Source of the DNA: Ophelia neglecta
Lineage: Eukaryota
Reading direction: 5' to 3'
Length of the DNA: 64,000 nucleotides
NCBI GenBank assembly: GCA_965285935.1
Contig: OZ260665.1
Location: forward strand, 29,946,001 to 30,010,000
Part shown: in pieces, positions 63,988 to 64,000 of the stretch
How positions within the stretch are numbered: the first letter of the stretch is position 1
How the letters are laid out: each line of letters opens with the position of its first letter
Made by a program: the position numbers and the translations under genes
The notes under the pieces: generated by a model
Seen by the model: only the letters and a program-made list of their open reading frames with translations
Told to the model about the DNA's origin: nothing
Database searches by the model: none

Positions 63988-64000
63988 CACCATGTAAAAA

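Noticed and set aside
1-64000. Prokaryotic-type systems (CRISPR array, operon, defence island) and rRNA/tRNA genes
   Set aside because: Coding density is very low, the gene has spliceosomal introns, and no regularly spaced repeats or rRNA/tRNA signatures were seen.

Overview
Animal genomic DNA, most likely from a marine invertebrate: AT-rich, spliceosomal introns, mosaic CpG depletion. There is no prokaryotic operon, CRISPR array, rRNA or recognisable tRNA. The one clearly identifiable host gene is a repulsive guidance molecule (RGM/hemojuvelin family) gene on the minus strand. It has three phase-compatible coding exons (15827-15731, 14136-13550, 9515-8748; 483 aa from the in-exon ATG) and a GC-box/ETS/CCAAT promoter at about 16.25-16.31 kb. 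The window ends in a young, nearly intact APE-RT LINE (about 59.2-63.99 kb) with one nonsense codon in its C-terminal CCHC finger; its ORF2 ATG overlaps the stop of a long upstream ORF as TAATG. Older fossils include an L1/Tx1 LINE, an RTE-like LINE, two LINE 3' tails, Helentron-like (HINE) elements and a possible MULE/NOF-like transposase relic. The most interesting unexplained items are a decayed three-exon Cys-rich (defensin/macin-like) peptide locus facing the RGM 3' end, an open and apparently conserved N-terminal extension of RGM, several strongly base-paired non-coding elements (one possibly bistable), and sharp CpG domains. All calls were made by eye, without database searches or folding software.
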